Assembly: GCA_051531975.1 (NCBI GenBank)
Contig: JAOPTT010000020.1
Span: 1-64,000, forward strand
Length of the DNA: 64,000 nt
Reading direction: 5' to 3'
DNA from: Spirochaetaceae bacterium
GTDB lineage: Bacteria > Spirochaetota > Spirochaetia > DSM-2461
A program made the translations under genes and the position numbers. The stretch's first letter is position 1, and each line of letters begins with the position of its first letter. Of the stretch, positions 9,314 through 19,613 are shown one piece after another. The notes below the pieces were generated by a model. It was not told the DNA's origin, did no database searches, and saw only the letters and a list, made by a program, of their open reading frames with translations.

Positions 9314-11224
9314 TTAAATATTACTAAACTCATGTAGGTCTAGATTTATTAATGTTCCTTCGGTAGGTTTACCATTAATATCCCACCCCATAATCTCATA
9401 ATAGAGTTTTAATGCATTATCAAAATCGTCTTTATTAATAGCTACACCTTTATATGGTCCATCTTCCAACGGTTCAAACATTCTATTTGGTAATGTATCG
9501 GATTTTGCTCCTAATCCGTTTATATCGTTGAATATTCTAGCCATATGTGTACCTTTTTCTGCAATTTTAATCATCTCTGAGAAATCCATGTCCCAACCAC
9601 ATGTCTGGTTGATAATGTCTAAAATATGTTCCAGTTTAAACATCTTTCTCTCAGGTACCCCAACAAAAATACATACATCAAGTACATTGTATAAACTCCA
9701 TAGGGATTGAAGATGTTTAAAGAGTTTTATTTTCTGATAATCTAAAGAAGTGGCCTTCATAGGTTCTGTAATACCAAAAACTTTAAGTGGAGACAGATCC
9801 ATACCACCAAGTTCATTATCTTCATCAGGTCGTGATTCAAATGCGTGGTCATGGGCTACAACTAAGTGGTCAGCTCCAGTAGCAGAAACTGCATAACCTA
9901 AACCAATATTCCATTTACCTCTAGGTTCATGTGCAGCAAATTCCTGTTTTCTGGATGTCATACTGTATTTTTTTGAACCTTTTCCTATAATCTCTCCAGC
10001 TCTGTAACTTCCTTCTGCAAGGATCTTACCAAAACCTTCTCTTTTGGCAATAAGTTTTATCATTTGTAGCATAGCCTTGCCATTTCCGAAATTTAATTCT
10101 ACTCCATCAGTATCCTCTAAAGTAATAAGACCCTTTTCAAAACACTCCATCGCCCAGGCAATAGTCATACCTGCGGAGACCGTATCTAATCCATATTGTC
10201 CACATAACTCATTAGCCTTACATACAATTTTAAGGTCACTAATACCACAAGCTGAACCTGTTGCACCAATTGTTTCAAATTCAGGGCCTCCATATTTTTT
10301 ATCTACAGTTAAATCTTTATCCTTAATTTCTACAACTCTTTTACACCTTACAGGACATGCATAACAGGCCTCTCTTTTTACTAGAAGTTCATCGTGCATT
10401 TTATCAGCATTCAACTCTGAGGCTTTATCAAATGTTCCTTTCATGAAGTTTTTTGTTGGTAGAAGACCCATTCCGTTTAATGCATCAACTCCTGAAGCTG
10501 TTCCATATTCACTAAAATATGACAGACCTTCATTTTTTTTCATATTTTGGGCAAACCACTTACTGTGTTTTAAAACACCATCTCGGTTTTTCATAGAGAT
10601 TTTACCAGAACCTCTAACAGCTATGGCTCTTAACTTTTTTGAACCCATAACAGCACCCATACCACATCGTCCATTCCAGTGTCTTAGCTCATTGGTAACA
10701 GCTGCATATTTAACTAGGTTTTCACCGGCTATACCTGTTTGAAGTACTCGAACTTTTACATCCCCTAATTCATCCCTAATTATTTCCTGGGCATCTCCTG
10801 TTGATTTACCCCATATACTAGATGCATCTTTAATCTCAACCTTATCATCAATAATAGAGATATATACAGGAGAATCAGATTCACCTTCGACTATTATTAC
10901 ATCCCAACCTGCAAATTTTAATTCTGGGCCAAAAAATCCACCAGCTTCTGAATCACCATAACCATCAGTTAAAGGTGATTTGGCTGCCAGAGTATGTCGT
11001 GCAGTTCCTGGTACGGGAGTTCCTGTTAATACACTGGTTGCAACAATTAGCTTGTTGTCAGCACCTAAAGGATCAGCACCCTTTGGTATCTCCTTTAACA
11101 TATAATATGCAGCTATATTTCTACCACCTAAGTACTTTCTATAAAATTCATCCTCTTGTATTTCTGTGGTTATTTTTTTTTGAGTCAGGTTAACTCTTAA
11201 AATTTTACCAGTAGCTCCGTACAT
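9314..11224 (-). CDS. aor: Aldehyde:ferredoxin oxidoreductase (tungsten/pterin AOR family)
   Basis: KILRVNLT, KSPLT, GRCGMGAVMGSKKLRAI, CYACPVRC 4Fe-4S motif, GPEFET, HEPR, GADH, DVCIF, YYEIMGWD; AAGGAG RBS. Confidence 0.92.
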   Translation of the reverse strand: MYGATGKILRVNLTQKKITTEIQEDEFYRKYLGGRNIAAYYMLKEIPKGADPLGADNKLIVATSVLTGTPVPGTARHTLAAKSPLTDGYGDSEAGGFFGPELKFAGWDVIIVEGESDSPVYISIIDDKVEIKDASSIWGKSTGDAQEIIRDELGDVKVRVLQTGIAGENLVKYAAVTNELRHWNGRCGMGAVMGSKKLRAIAVRGSGKISMKNRDGVLKHSKWFAQNMKKNEGLSYFSEYGTASGVDALNGMGLLPTKNFMKGTFDKASELNADKMHDELLVKREACYACPVRCKRVVEIKDKDLTVDKKYGGPEFETIGATGSACGISDLKIVCKANELCGQYGLDTVSAGMTIAWAMECFEKGLITLEDTDGVELNFGNGKAMLQMIKLIAKREGFGKILAEGSYRAGEIIGKGSKKYSMTSRKQEFAAHEPRGKWNIGLGYAVSATGADHLVVAHDHAFESRPDEDNELGGMDLSPLKVFGITEPMKATSLDYQKIKLFKHLQSLWSLYNVLDVCIFVGVPERKMFKLEHILDIINQTCGWDMDFSEMIKIAEKGTHMARIFNDINGLGAKSDTLPNRMFEPLEDGPYKGVAINKDDFDNALKLYYEIMGWDINGKPTEGTLINLDLHEFSNI

Positions 11225-11245
11225 TAAAATCTCCTTAAATTTAAC

Positions 11246-11290
11246 TTGTCTGATGTTAAAATTACTTGTATGATATCAGATATCTCTGAT
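11246..11290. promoter_or_regulatory. Putative FadR/GntR operator sites in the aor/sulfatase divergent promoter
   Basis: TTGTCTGATGT (11246-11256) and palindromic ATATCAGATAT (11273-11283), matching the sites at 8349-8380. Confidence 0.55.
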
Positions 11291-11418
11291 AATAATGTAT
11301 ATATTTTATTTTGGCAATTCAGAATTTACTAAAATACACATTGCCTGGGTTTTGACTAGGTATTGATTTTTAGTATATAAATTTAACAGAAATGAAGATA
11401 ACTAACTGAGGGGTGAAT

Positions 11419-12960
11419 ATGATAGAGTCAAAAAAACGGCCAAATATATTAATATTTATGACAGATCAGCAAAGGGGGGACTCTTTAACAAACCCTCTGA
11501 TTCCTACCCCTCATTTGGATAAATTCAGACAGGAAGGGATAACATTTACAGATGCTTATTGCCCTTCTCCACACTGCTGTCCTTCCCGTGCAAGTTTTTT
11601 TACAGGACTATATCCAACAAGACATGGTGTTTGGAATAATGTTGACGTGGCAAATGCTCTAAGCCGTACAACTAAAGACAGTGTGGGATTTTTTACAGAT
11701 ATCCTTTGTAAAGATGGCTACCGGATGGATTATAACGGTAAATGGCATGTAAGCAGCCAGTTTGGTCCAGAAGAAATTGGTTGGAATGTTGGAAGTGTTA
11801 AGGGTAATCAGGCAAAATTCAAATCTGATGGGAAACCATTTACCATGGAAGAAATGGAGATTGAAAAGCACCGGAACTGGCAGAAATATAGTAAATGTAA
11901 GATAGATAATAAAGATGATTCCCGTAAATCTGGAGATATAATACGTACCGGATATCCAAGATATACACATTATGGAGTAAATGGGAATCCTTTTCAGGAT
12001 GTTGATGTAACAACAGAGGCTGTTGATACTATATTAAACCGTAAAAAATCTGATAATGCACCATGGATTCAATATATCGGTCTGTTGGGACCCCACGATC
12101 CATATAAAGTTCCACAGGAATTTCTTGATAAAATAGACACAAATCTTATAGAATTACCGGAAAGTTTTAATGATGATATGAAAGATAAACCCGGGTTTTA
12201 TAGGCGTATACAGGATATCTATTCCCGTTTACCAAGGGAGGAACATATAAAATCTTTGCATCACTACTATGCATTTTGTTCATTTGTTGATGCACAGTTT
12301 GGTAGAATCCTTGATGCTATAAATATAACTGGGGAGGCAGATAATACTATTATTCTGTTTGTATCCGACCATGGTGACTATGCGGCAGAACATGGCTTAT
12401 GGACAAAGGGACTTGCTCCTTTTAAAGGCGCTTATCATATCCCTGCTGTTATCAGCTGGCCTAATGGTATAAAAAATCCGGGAAGGGAGATCGATGAAAT
12501 GATATCGCTTGTTGATTTTGCTCCAACCTTCCTTGAAGCTGTAAATAGTCATAAGAGTAATCCACACGGTAAAATACCCACTGAAGAAGGTTTATCCGAA
12601 CAAATCCCGTTTGCCGGAAAATCACTTGTTCCATTTCTTAAAGAAGAAAATGTTACATGGAGAGAGGAGTTGTATACACAGTCAAATGGAAATGAACTCT
12701 ACGGTATTCAAAGAGTTGTCTTTGATAAAAAGTATAAATTTGTATTTAACGGCTTTGACTATGATGAACTATATGATCTGCAAAAAGATCCCCATGAGAT
12801 GAAAAACCTGATATCTGGTGGTAAAAATGGAGATTATGAAGCTGTTGTAAAAGAATATTATATAAAGATGTGGCAATTTGCCAGGGAAAATGGTGATCAG
12901 TATAATAATCCATATATAAATACTGCTTATCCAACATTTGGGCCGGGCATTGTCTTCTAA
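11419..12960 (+). CDS. Cys-type (S1) sulfatase, no signal peptide
   Basis: PNILIFMTDQQR, CCPSRASFFTG, GKWH, PHDP, SDHGD, ELYDLQKDPHE. ATG 11419 after GAGGGG (alternative GTG 11413). Confidence 0.92.
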   Translation: MIESKKRPNILIFMTDQQRGDSLTNPLIPTPHLDKFRQEGITFTDAYCPSPHCCPSRASFFTGLYPTRHGVWNNVDVANALSRTTKDSVGFFTDILCKDGYRMDYNGKWHVSSQFGPEEIGWNVGSVKGNQAKFKSDGKPFTMEEMEIEKHRNWQKYSKCKIDNKDDSRKSGDIIRTGYPRYTHYGVNGNPFQDVDVTTEAVDTILNRKKSDNAPWIQYIGLLGPHDPYKVPQEFLDKIDTNLIELPESFNDDMKDKPGFYRRIQDIYSRLPREEHIKSLHHYYAFCSFVDAQFGRILDAINITGEADNTIILFVSDHGDYAAEHGLWTKGLAPFKGAYHIPAVISWPNGIKNPGREIDEMISLVDFAPTFLEAVNSHKSNPHGKIPTEEGLSEQIPFAGKSLVPFLKEENVTWREELYTQSNGNELYGIQRVVFDKKYKFVFNGFDYDELYDLQKDPHEMKNLISGGKNGDYEAVVKEYYIKMWQFARENGDQYNNPYINTAYPTFGPGIVF

Positions 12961-13006
12961 TAGATCATTTATTTCATCATTACGTTTTCTCATGTATAAT
13001 GTTTTT

Positions 13007-14752
13007 ATGAAGCGCCGGATAAGCCTTAATATTAGAATTTTTTTACTCTCATTATTAATCACAACCTTTATATGTGTAACTATAACTGTTTCGGCATTTC
13101 TTATTTTTAATGGAATGTTAAGCCGGAATATTAAGGAATCAAATTGGGCTCTTATTACATATCTGGCTAAGGATATTGAGAGGAATCTACAGAACTTCGA
13201 AAGTTTTAGCGATTATATCTATTTGCATAAAGGTGTTGAACTATTTCTGGAGAAAGAGTCCGCTGATGAAAACGAGGTATTTTTTTTAAAAAAAGATATT
13301 GATGATGATTTTTTTAGATACTTAAATACAGGTTCAGGATTCTCTATTATGTCATTGAGTATATTAGGTTTAAATAACTCCCAATATCTTTATGGTTACG
13401 ATGTGAAATTTACCAATAACAACCGGTTTATGTCAAATAAGTGGATAGATATGTTCCAACTTTTGGATAATGAATATATCTGGATGGGTCTATGCGACAG
13501 GGAAGATGTTTTAAACAGGAAGGGTGATTATGTTGTTACCCTTATCCGTTATATAAGAAGTCTGTCCAATAATAGGGACTTAGGTATTATGATACTAGAA
13601 ATGTCCCCTAAAGATATTTTTAAAGGCTGGGATTCAGACTATGACAGTAATTATTCAGTTTTTGTTCAGGATTCAAATGGTAAAATTATCTATCCAATAA
13701 CCAAAGGGATTTTAGGACAGAGTTATAAAGATTATGAAATAGAACAAAATATTACTTCAAAATCTCATGTTACCAGGTACAAGTTGGATACATTTGATTG
13801 GGAAATAGTTGTTCTTCATTCTAAAGAAGTTCAAAACAGAGAGAACAGAAAAATGTTATATATAGCATTTGGTGTTTTTGCATTGGCAATGTTACTCTAC
13901 ATAATTGTTTATATAATTATGATAACTAAAATTACCCGGCCATTACTCATGTTAACCCAGACTATCCATAAGATTCGATCTGGGGATAGAAGTGCCAGGT
14001 ATGAATATAAGTCTGAAGATGAGGTTGGTTATCTGGCAAAGAGTTTTAATATTATGCTCGATCAGATAGATGAATTAATAGAACAAAGTATAATTGATGA
14101 GAGAAGAAAACAGGATGCTGAATACAGAGCACTTCAGGCTCAAATGAATCCCCACTTTTTATATAATACATTAAACTCAATTCGCTGGATGGCAATGATA
14201 CAGGATGCAGATAATATTGTTGATTCAATAGAAGTCTTAAGCCGTCTATTGCGTAGAGGTATGAAGCTAAAAGGACCATTAGTCTCTTTGAAAGAAGAAC
14301 TCTCTATGCTTGAAGATTATGTCTTTTTACAGAAAATAAGATATAAGAGTAAATTTGAATACACCTGTCAAATTCCTGAAGAACTATACGGTTACTGCTC
14401 TCTTAAATTTCTTTTGCAACCTATAGTCGAAAATGCCATCTTTCATGGTATTGAACCCAAAGATGGCAAGGGGCTTATAACACTTATTGGGGAGTTAAAA
14501 GATGGTGTAATATATTTAAAGGTCCGGGATAACGGAATAGGGTTTAAAGATAAAAATTTTAACCCTCTATCAGATTTTTCAGATAAAAGGGATGGAAATA
14601 GAATAGGATTGGGAAATATACAAAAAAGAATAAAACGTCAGTTTGGTGAAAACTTTGGAATAGATTTCCGTTCAGAAACTGGTGAATATACTGAAATAAC
14701 GATCTCTATACCGGCTAAACCCATAGGATTACTGGAGGATCTTGTTGAATAA
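13007..14752 (+). CDS. YesM-type sensor histidine kinase (TM-sensor-TM-HAMP-His_kinase)
   Basis: Two TM segments, HAMP (DEVGYLAKSFN), LQAQMNPHFLYNTL, LQPIVENAIFHG, DNGIG. Start uncertain (12992 or 13007). Confidence 0.9.
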   Translation: MKRRISLNIRIFLLSLLITTFICVTITVSAFLIFNGMLSRNIKESNWALITYLAKDIERNLQNFESFSDYIYLHKGVELFLEKESADENEVFFLKKDIDDDFFRYLNTGSGFSIMSLSILGLNNSQYLYGYDVKFTNNNRFMSNKWIDMFQLLDNEYIWMGLCDREDVLNRKGDYVVTLIRYIRSLSNNRDLGIMILEMSPKDIFKGWDSDYDSNYSVFVQDSNGKIIYPITKGILGQSYKDYEIEQNITSKSHVTRYKLDTFDWEIVVLHSKEVQNRENRKMLYIAFGVFALAMLLYIIVYIIMITKITRPLLMLTQTIHKIRSGDRSARYEYKSEDEVGYLAKSFNIMLDQIDELIEQSIIDERRKQDAEYRALQAQMNPHFLYNTLNSIRWMAMIQDADNIVDSIEVLSRLLRRGMKLKGPLVSLKEELSMLEDYVFLQKIRYKSKFEYTCQIPEELYGYCSLKFLLQPIVENAIFHGIEPKDGKGLITLIGELKDGVIYLKVRDNGIGFKDKNFNPLSDFSDKRDGNRIGLGNIQKRIKRQFGENFGIDFRSETGEYTEITISIPAKPIGLLEDLVE

Positions 14753-16328
14753 AAATATATCAGTGTTAATAGTTGATGATGAAGTTCTGGCTAGAGTTGG
14801 TATTAAGTCGTTAATAAATTGGGAAGAGCTGGGATGCAGTGTAATAGGGGAGGCTGAAAATGGGGAGAAAGCTCTTGAACTGATTAGAAAATTTAGACCT
14901 GAACTTATCTTAACTGATATTAACATGCCTCTTATGGATGGACTTGAACTGATTAAAAGGGTCAAAGATGAAGGCATATTGTCTGAATTTATTATTTTAA
15001 GTTCCCATGATAACTTCTCATATGCAAGAGAGGCTATAAAATTAGGTGCCCGGGATTATATTTTAAAGCTGGAGATGAAGAGGGATTCTCTTAAGGAGAC
15101 AGTAAAGAGTGTAATGCCCTTTATCCTTCAGAATAGAAAAAAGCAGGTAGACACAGGGACTACTGCTGATGAAAGTTTAAATATAAACATTGAGACCATG
15201 TTAAGAAAAGTTATATTAAGTGAATATTCTGAAGATTTTGATAAATATATAGAACCCATAACATCGAATATTTACTGTATCTACTTAAGAACGGTTTCTA
15301 TTAAAGGTAAAGTTTATTCTCCAGATGAAAAAAGCGCCCTTAAAACTCCAATATTAAATCTTCTTGAAGATATATTAACAGATTATAAAAATGGATTAGT
15401 TTGCTCTATTAGACCAATGGAGTTTGTTATCCTCTACTCTCCGGATCTGGAAAACAACAATCTACGGGAATCTAATTTAAAAAACAAAGAACTTGTAAGC
15501 AGTATACTGGAAACATTAAAAAACTATCTCAACTTAACAGGTCTTCTGGGCGTTTCAGGTCCTGCAGAAAATGCCGAATCAGTAAATAAATTATACAGGG
15601 AAGCAAGAGAAAAAATTGAACAGTACTACATTTATCCTGGAGGTTCTGTTCTTTCAGATTTTAAATATTCTGCTGAACTTAAAACATTGACTATAGATTA
15701 TAAAAAAGATCTGGAAACATTTTCCCATAGAATACATCAGCTGGATTTTTTATCCGCATCAGAGATATTAAGCAAATTTATAAAGTTATTTCATAATAAA
15801 TGTAAAGTGGAGAAAGGTGTATTAAAAATTATATGTTACCAGATTATAGGCTCCTTAAAACTTTATGCGGCTAAGGAAATGAAAAAACAGAACAGTTCTA
15901 TTCAGCGTTCCCTCGATTCTTTGTCGACATTAGAAGAATTTATTAAATGGTTCCAGGATACTAAAGATATATTATCCCAGCTTACAACCGAGTCATCTAC
16001 TGTTTCCCCTATGATATTAAAAGCCTTAAAGCTTATAGAAAATCACTATATGGAGGAGTTGACCCTGACTGATTTAGCTGAGTATTTGGAACTTTCAACG
16101 GGATATTTTAGCCAGCAATTTAAAAAAGAGTTGGGGAAAAACTATACAGATTACCTTGCTGATTTTAGGACATCACACGCTTCAGAACTCCTTTTAAATA
16201 CAGATAAACCAGTTCATAAAATTGCAGAAGAAGTTGGGTATGATAATATCTATTATTTTAGCAGGGTCTTTAAATCCAGAACAGGACTCTCTCCCAGGGA
16301 GTTCAGGAAATCTTATATAAATAATTGA
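14742..16328 (+). CDS. YesN-type response regulator (REC + AraC HTH)
   Basis: VLIVDDE, TDINMPLMDGL; C-terminal AraC (YFSRVFKSRTGLSPREFR). Confidence 0.92.
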   Translation: MLNKNISVLIVDDEVLARVGIKSLINWEELGCSVIGEAENGEKALELIRKFRPELILTDINMPLMDGLELIKRVKDEGILSEFIILSSHDNFSYAREAIKLGARDYILKLEMKRDSLKETVKSVMPFILQNRKKQVDTGTTADESLNINIETMLRKVILSEYSEDFDKYIEPITSNIYCIYLRTVSIKGKVYSPDEKSALKTPILNLLEDILTDYKNGLVCSIRPMEFVILYSPDLENNNLRESNLKNKELVSSILETLKNYLNLTGLLGVSGPAENAESVNKLYREAREKIEQYYIYPGGSVLSDFKYSAELKTLTIDYKKDLETFSHRIHQLDFLSASEILSKFIKLFHNKCKVEKGVLKIICYQIIGSLKLYAAKEMKKQNSSIQRSLDSLSTLEEFIKWFQDTKDILSQLTTESSTVSPMILKALKLIENHYMEELTLTDLAEYLELSTGYFSQQFKKELGKNYTDYLADFRTSHASELLLNTDKPVHKIAEEVGYDNIYYFSRVFKSRTGLSPREFRKSYINN

Positions 16329-16468
16329 AATAGTATAAATAATATTAAAATAATCCAAATATTTTATTTCACTCATATGAAGATAATATAAATATAATAG
16401 ATATATTGAATTCTCAATTGTTAGAAGTGACCCGTATAATAAAACTACAAATTACGGAGGATTTTTTA

Positions 16469-17794
16469 ATGAAAAAGAATTTAGTTGTTTTTTTAATGAT
16501 TTTTCTAAGTACTGTTTTAGTATTTGCAGAAGGACAAAAAGAGGTAGCACAGGAAGGAACTGATGCGAGTTCAGAATTATTAGCGTTTTTTAACGGATTC
16601 ACTGATGATGTCGCATTTTCAACAGTTATCGATGAGTATTTGGATCTTAACCCAGATATAAAATTAGAGATCAGTGATGTTGTAGATGAAGATGAAGCTG
16701 CTAAAAAAATAGTTGTATTAATGGCATCCGGTGTACCTGTTGATATTATAAAAGTTAATAACCCTATTAAGTTAAATAACTTTGTTGAAGCTGGTGCTCT
16801 AATGAACCTGAATGATCTGGCAAAAAAATACGATGTTAATCCTGATGAATATTGGGGTTCCGGAAAAAACATGTTAATGAATAATGGTGACCTTTATGCT
16901 ATGGGAACTCAAAAGACTCAATGGGCAATGTATTATAATAAAGATCTATTTGATAGAGCAGGATTACCTTATCCAAGTGCTGATGTTCCAATGACATGGA
17001 AAGAGTATAGAGAGACGGCTAAAAAACTGACAATGGGTGAAGGTGTAGATAAAACTTATGGTGCTTTACACTTAAAATGGCCAATGTTCTGGTATATGTC
17101 CGCTATTCAAAAACTTGGTGGTGGTGAGCAATTCTACAATGCTGATGGAACTTCAAACATTGAGGATCCTGCATTTATCGAAGCTATTACAATGTTTAAC
17201 AATATGCAGGCTGTAGACAAATCTGTACCATCCTATGCTGATGTAACTGCACAAAAACTGAACTCACCATCTTTTCTGAGTGGTAAGTATGGAATGTATG
17301 TTCATGGAACATGGGTATTTGACTGGTTAAAAAATCCTGAAGATTATCCTAGAGACTGGAAGGTTGGAATTGCTCCAATGCCTGTATTTGAAGGTGCAAA
17401 AACTCCTTACTCATGGGGTGTAGTATCAGGTATCTCTATTGGAAGAAACTCAGAGAACTCTGATGAAGCTTTTAAGTTTATTAAGTATATGGTTGATAAT
17501 AAACATAAGTATTACGATGGAGGAGCAGTAACAGCAAATGTTAAAGCTGATACAAGTAATGTTGCAGCGCTTATGGCTGAAGGTCTTGAAGCTGATGGTA
17601 TTACAACTGAAATTCTACAAAAAGTCTTTTTTAATCCAAAAACAAATATTGTTACTGAAAAGATTACAGGTAAAAATAGTACCCAGTACGAAAAAATCTG
17701 TGTTGAAGAGCTTGAAAAATACTTTGTAGGTGCCCAGGAGTTTGATGTTACAATTGAAAATATTAAAACCCGTGCAGACAAAGCTATCAAGTAG
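16469..17794 (+). CDS. Carbohydrate ABC transporter substrate-binding protein
   Basis: ATG 16469 after GGAGG; signal peptide then AEGQKE; MYYNKDLFDRAGL and GIAPMP motifs of SBP family 1. Confidence 0.9.
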   Translation: MKKNLVVFLMIFLSTVLVFAEGQKEVAQEGTDASSELLAFFNGFTDDVAFSTVIDEYLDLNPDIKLEISDVVDEDEAAKKIVVLMASGVPVDIIKVNNPIKLNNFVEAGALMNLNDLAKKYDVNPDEYWGSGKNMLMNNGDLYAMGTQKTQWAMYYNKDLFDRAGLPYPSADVPMTWKEYRETAKKLTMGEGVDKTYGALHLKWPMFWYMSAIQKLGGGEQFYNADGTSNIEDPAFIEAITMFNNMQAVDKSVPSYADVTAQKLNSPSFLSGKYGMYVHGTWVFDWLKNPEDYPRDWKVGIAPMPVFEGAKTPYSWGVVSGISIGRNSENSDEAFKFIKYMVDNKHKYYDGGAVTANVKADTSNVAALMAEGLEADGITTEILQKVFFNPKTNIVTEKITGKNSTQYEKICVEELEKYFVGAQEFDVTIENIKTRADKAIK

Positions 17795-17815
17795 ATAATC
17801 TAATATAACTTACTT

Positions 17816-17844
17816 AATGCAGTAGAAACCCTTTCTACTGCATT
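17816..17844 (+). terminator. Stem-loop after the SBP gene (partial terminator or mRNA stabiliser)
   Basis: AATGCAGTAGAAA-CCC-TTTCTACTGCATT, a perfect 13-bp stem. Confidence 0.7.
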
Positions 17845-17872
17845 TATCTTATTTTTTACGGGAGCCATATTT

Positions 17873-18763
17873 ATGATCACTACAATCAATAAGAAGGAGA
17901 TAAGTATAGCTTACCTTTTTCTTCTTCCATCCTTAATCGGTTTTTTACTTTTCATGTTATATCCGATTGTTTTCTCAATATATTTAAGTTTAAGTGATTG
18001 GTCTTTTTTCTCAGGTTTCTCAGGGATCAAGTTTATTGGTCTGGAAAACTTTAAAAAGTTAGCCGATGATTACTACTTAAATGCAGCATTAACAAACAAT
18101 ATGTTATTATCATTATTGTCTGTGCCTATTTCAATATTTTCAGCACTGATTATCGCTACATTCTTAAATATGAATATTAGATTTAGAGGTGCTATAAGAA
18201 CACTTGTTTTTATGCCGTATATAGCTACTTTAGTTGCAGTTGCTATAGTTTTTGGTGCTCTGTATAACCCTGATTTTGGGCCTATAAACATGTTTTTAAG
18301 GTCCATAGGAATTGATAATCCTCCTAGATGGCTATCAGATATTAAGTGGGCTCTGCCATCTGTAGCTATTTTATGGAGTTGGAAACATATTGGTTATATG
18401 ACTGTTATATTTTTGGCAGGTCTGCAAAATATACCTAATATGTACTACGAGGCAGCTACTATAGATGGGGCTGGGTCATTTAGAAAATTTACTAATATTA
18501 CCTGGCCACTGGTCTCCCCTACAACTTTCTTTTTAACAATAACAGGTGTTATGAACTCCTTAAAGATATTTCCAGAGATAAAGGTATTAACAGATGGGGG
18601 ACCTGGTACAGCCACATACACTATGGTTTACCATATCTATACCGAAGCATTCGAGAATTACAACATGGGATATGCTGCGGCATTAGCGCTACTCTTTTTT
18701 GTGATAACTATGATTATTACGCTTATTCAATGGGCTCTGCAAAAAAGATGGGTTAACTATTAA
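17873..18763 (+). CDS. Carbohydrate ABC transporter permease
   Basis: Multiple TM segments; LAGLQNIP..YEAATIDGA EAA loop. Confidence 0.93.
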   Translation: MITTINKKEISIAYLFLLPSLIGFLLFMLYPIVFSIYLSLSDWSFFSGFSGIKFIGLENFKKLADDYYLNAALTNNMLLSLLSVPISIFSALIIATFLNMNIRFRGAIRTLVFMPYIATLVAVAIVFGALYNPDFGPINMFLRSIGIDNPPRWLSDIKWALPSVAILWSWKHIGYMTVIFLAGLQNIPNMYYEAATIDGAGSFRKFTNITWPLVSPTTFFLTITGVMNSLKIFPEIKVLTDGGPGTATYTMVYHIYTEAFENYNMGYAAALALLFFVITMIITLIQWALQKRWVNY

Positions 18764-19608
18764 TGGGGATTAAAATGAATATTACAACTAAACGAGAAAT
18801 ATATAGAACATTAGGTAGTCTGGTATTATTGGGGTTAACAATATTAATGGCCATGCCACTATTTTGGATGATCTCATCATCATTTAAGTTTGAAGCGGAT
18901 CTGTTCACTTTCCCAATTAAATGGATACCTGATAATGGAACTATTTCAAATTATGTTAAGGTATGGACAAAGTATCCATTTGAACTTTGGTATTGGAATA
19001 CTATAAAGGTTACTTTTGGGATAATAGTTTTCTCCCTAACCAGTAGTGCTTTAGCAGGATACGCTTTTGCCAGATTAAATTTTCCTGGAAAGAACTTCTT
19101 GTTATTGGCTTATATATGTACAATGATGATACCATTTGAGCTGAGAATTATTCCGCAGTTTACTCTTTATCAGCTACTGCATTTACAGGATACACACTGG
19201 ACTATAATTCTACCCTGGGTATTTAATCCTTTTAATGTATTTATGTTACGTCAGGCTTTTAAAGGTATACCTATGGAGATAACAGAATCTGCTAAACTGG
19301 ATGGCTGTCCTGAATTTACTATCTTTATTAAGCTGATGTTACCTAATATTACAGCCTCCTTAATGGCTTTAATGATAATACAATTTGTTCATGGATGGAA
19401 TTCATACCTGGCACCATTAATTTATCTTGCTTCATCATCAAAACAGCTGCTAAGTCCAGGAATTGCAACATTTGTTCAACAGTATAACAGTAACTATGCT
19501 ATGCAGATGGCGGGTGCAAGTTCTGCCCTTCTTCCAATATTGGCTGTATACCTTATTGGACAGAAATATTTTATTGAAGGTATAGCCATGAGTGGAATTA
19601 AAGGCTAA
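18763..19608 (+). CDS. Carbohydrate ABC transporter permease
   Basis: AGYAFARL, IPMEITESAKLDG, GQKYFIEGI..GIKG. Confidence 0.93.
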   Translation: MGIKMNITTKREIYRTLGSLVLLGLTILMAMPLFWMISSSFKFEADLFTFPIKWIPDNGTISNYVKVWTKYPFELWYWNTIKVTFGIIVFSLTSSALAGYAFARLNFPGKNFLLLAYICTMMIPFELRIIPQFTLYQLLHLQDTHWTIILPWVFNPFNVFMLRQAFKGIPMEITESAKLDGCPEFTIFIKLMLPNITASLMALMIIQFVHGWNSYLAPLIYLASSSKQLLSPGIATFVQQYNSNYAMQMAGASSALLPILAVYLIGQKYFIEGIAMSGIKG

Positions 19609-19613
19609 TAAAA

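Noticed and set aside
12938..12991. ORF-track start of the histidine kinase
   Set aside because: It overlaps the sulfatase 3' end; a later ATG gives the normal short N-terminus before TM1.
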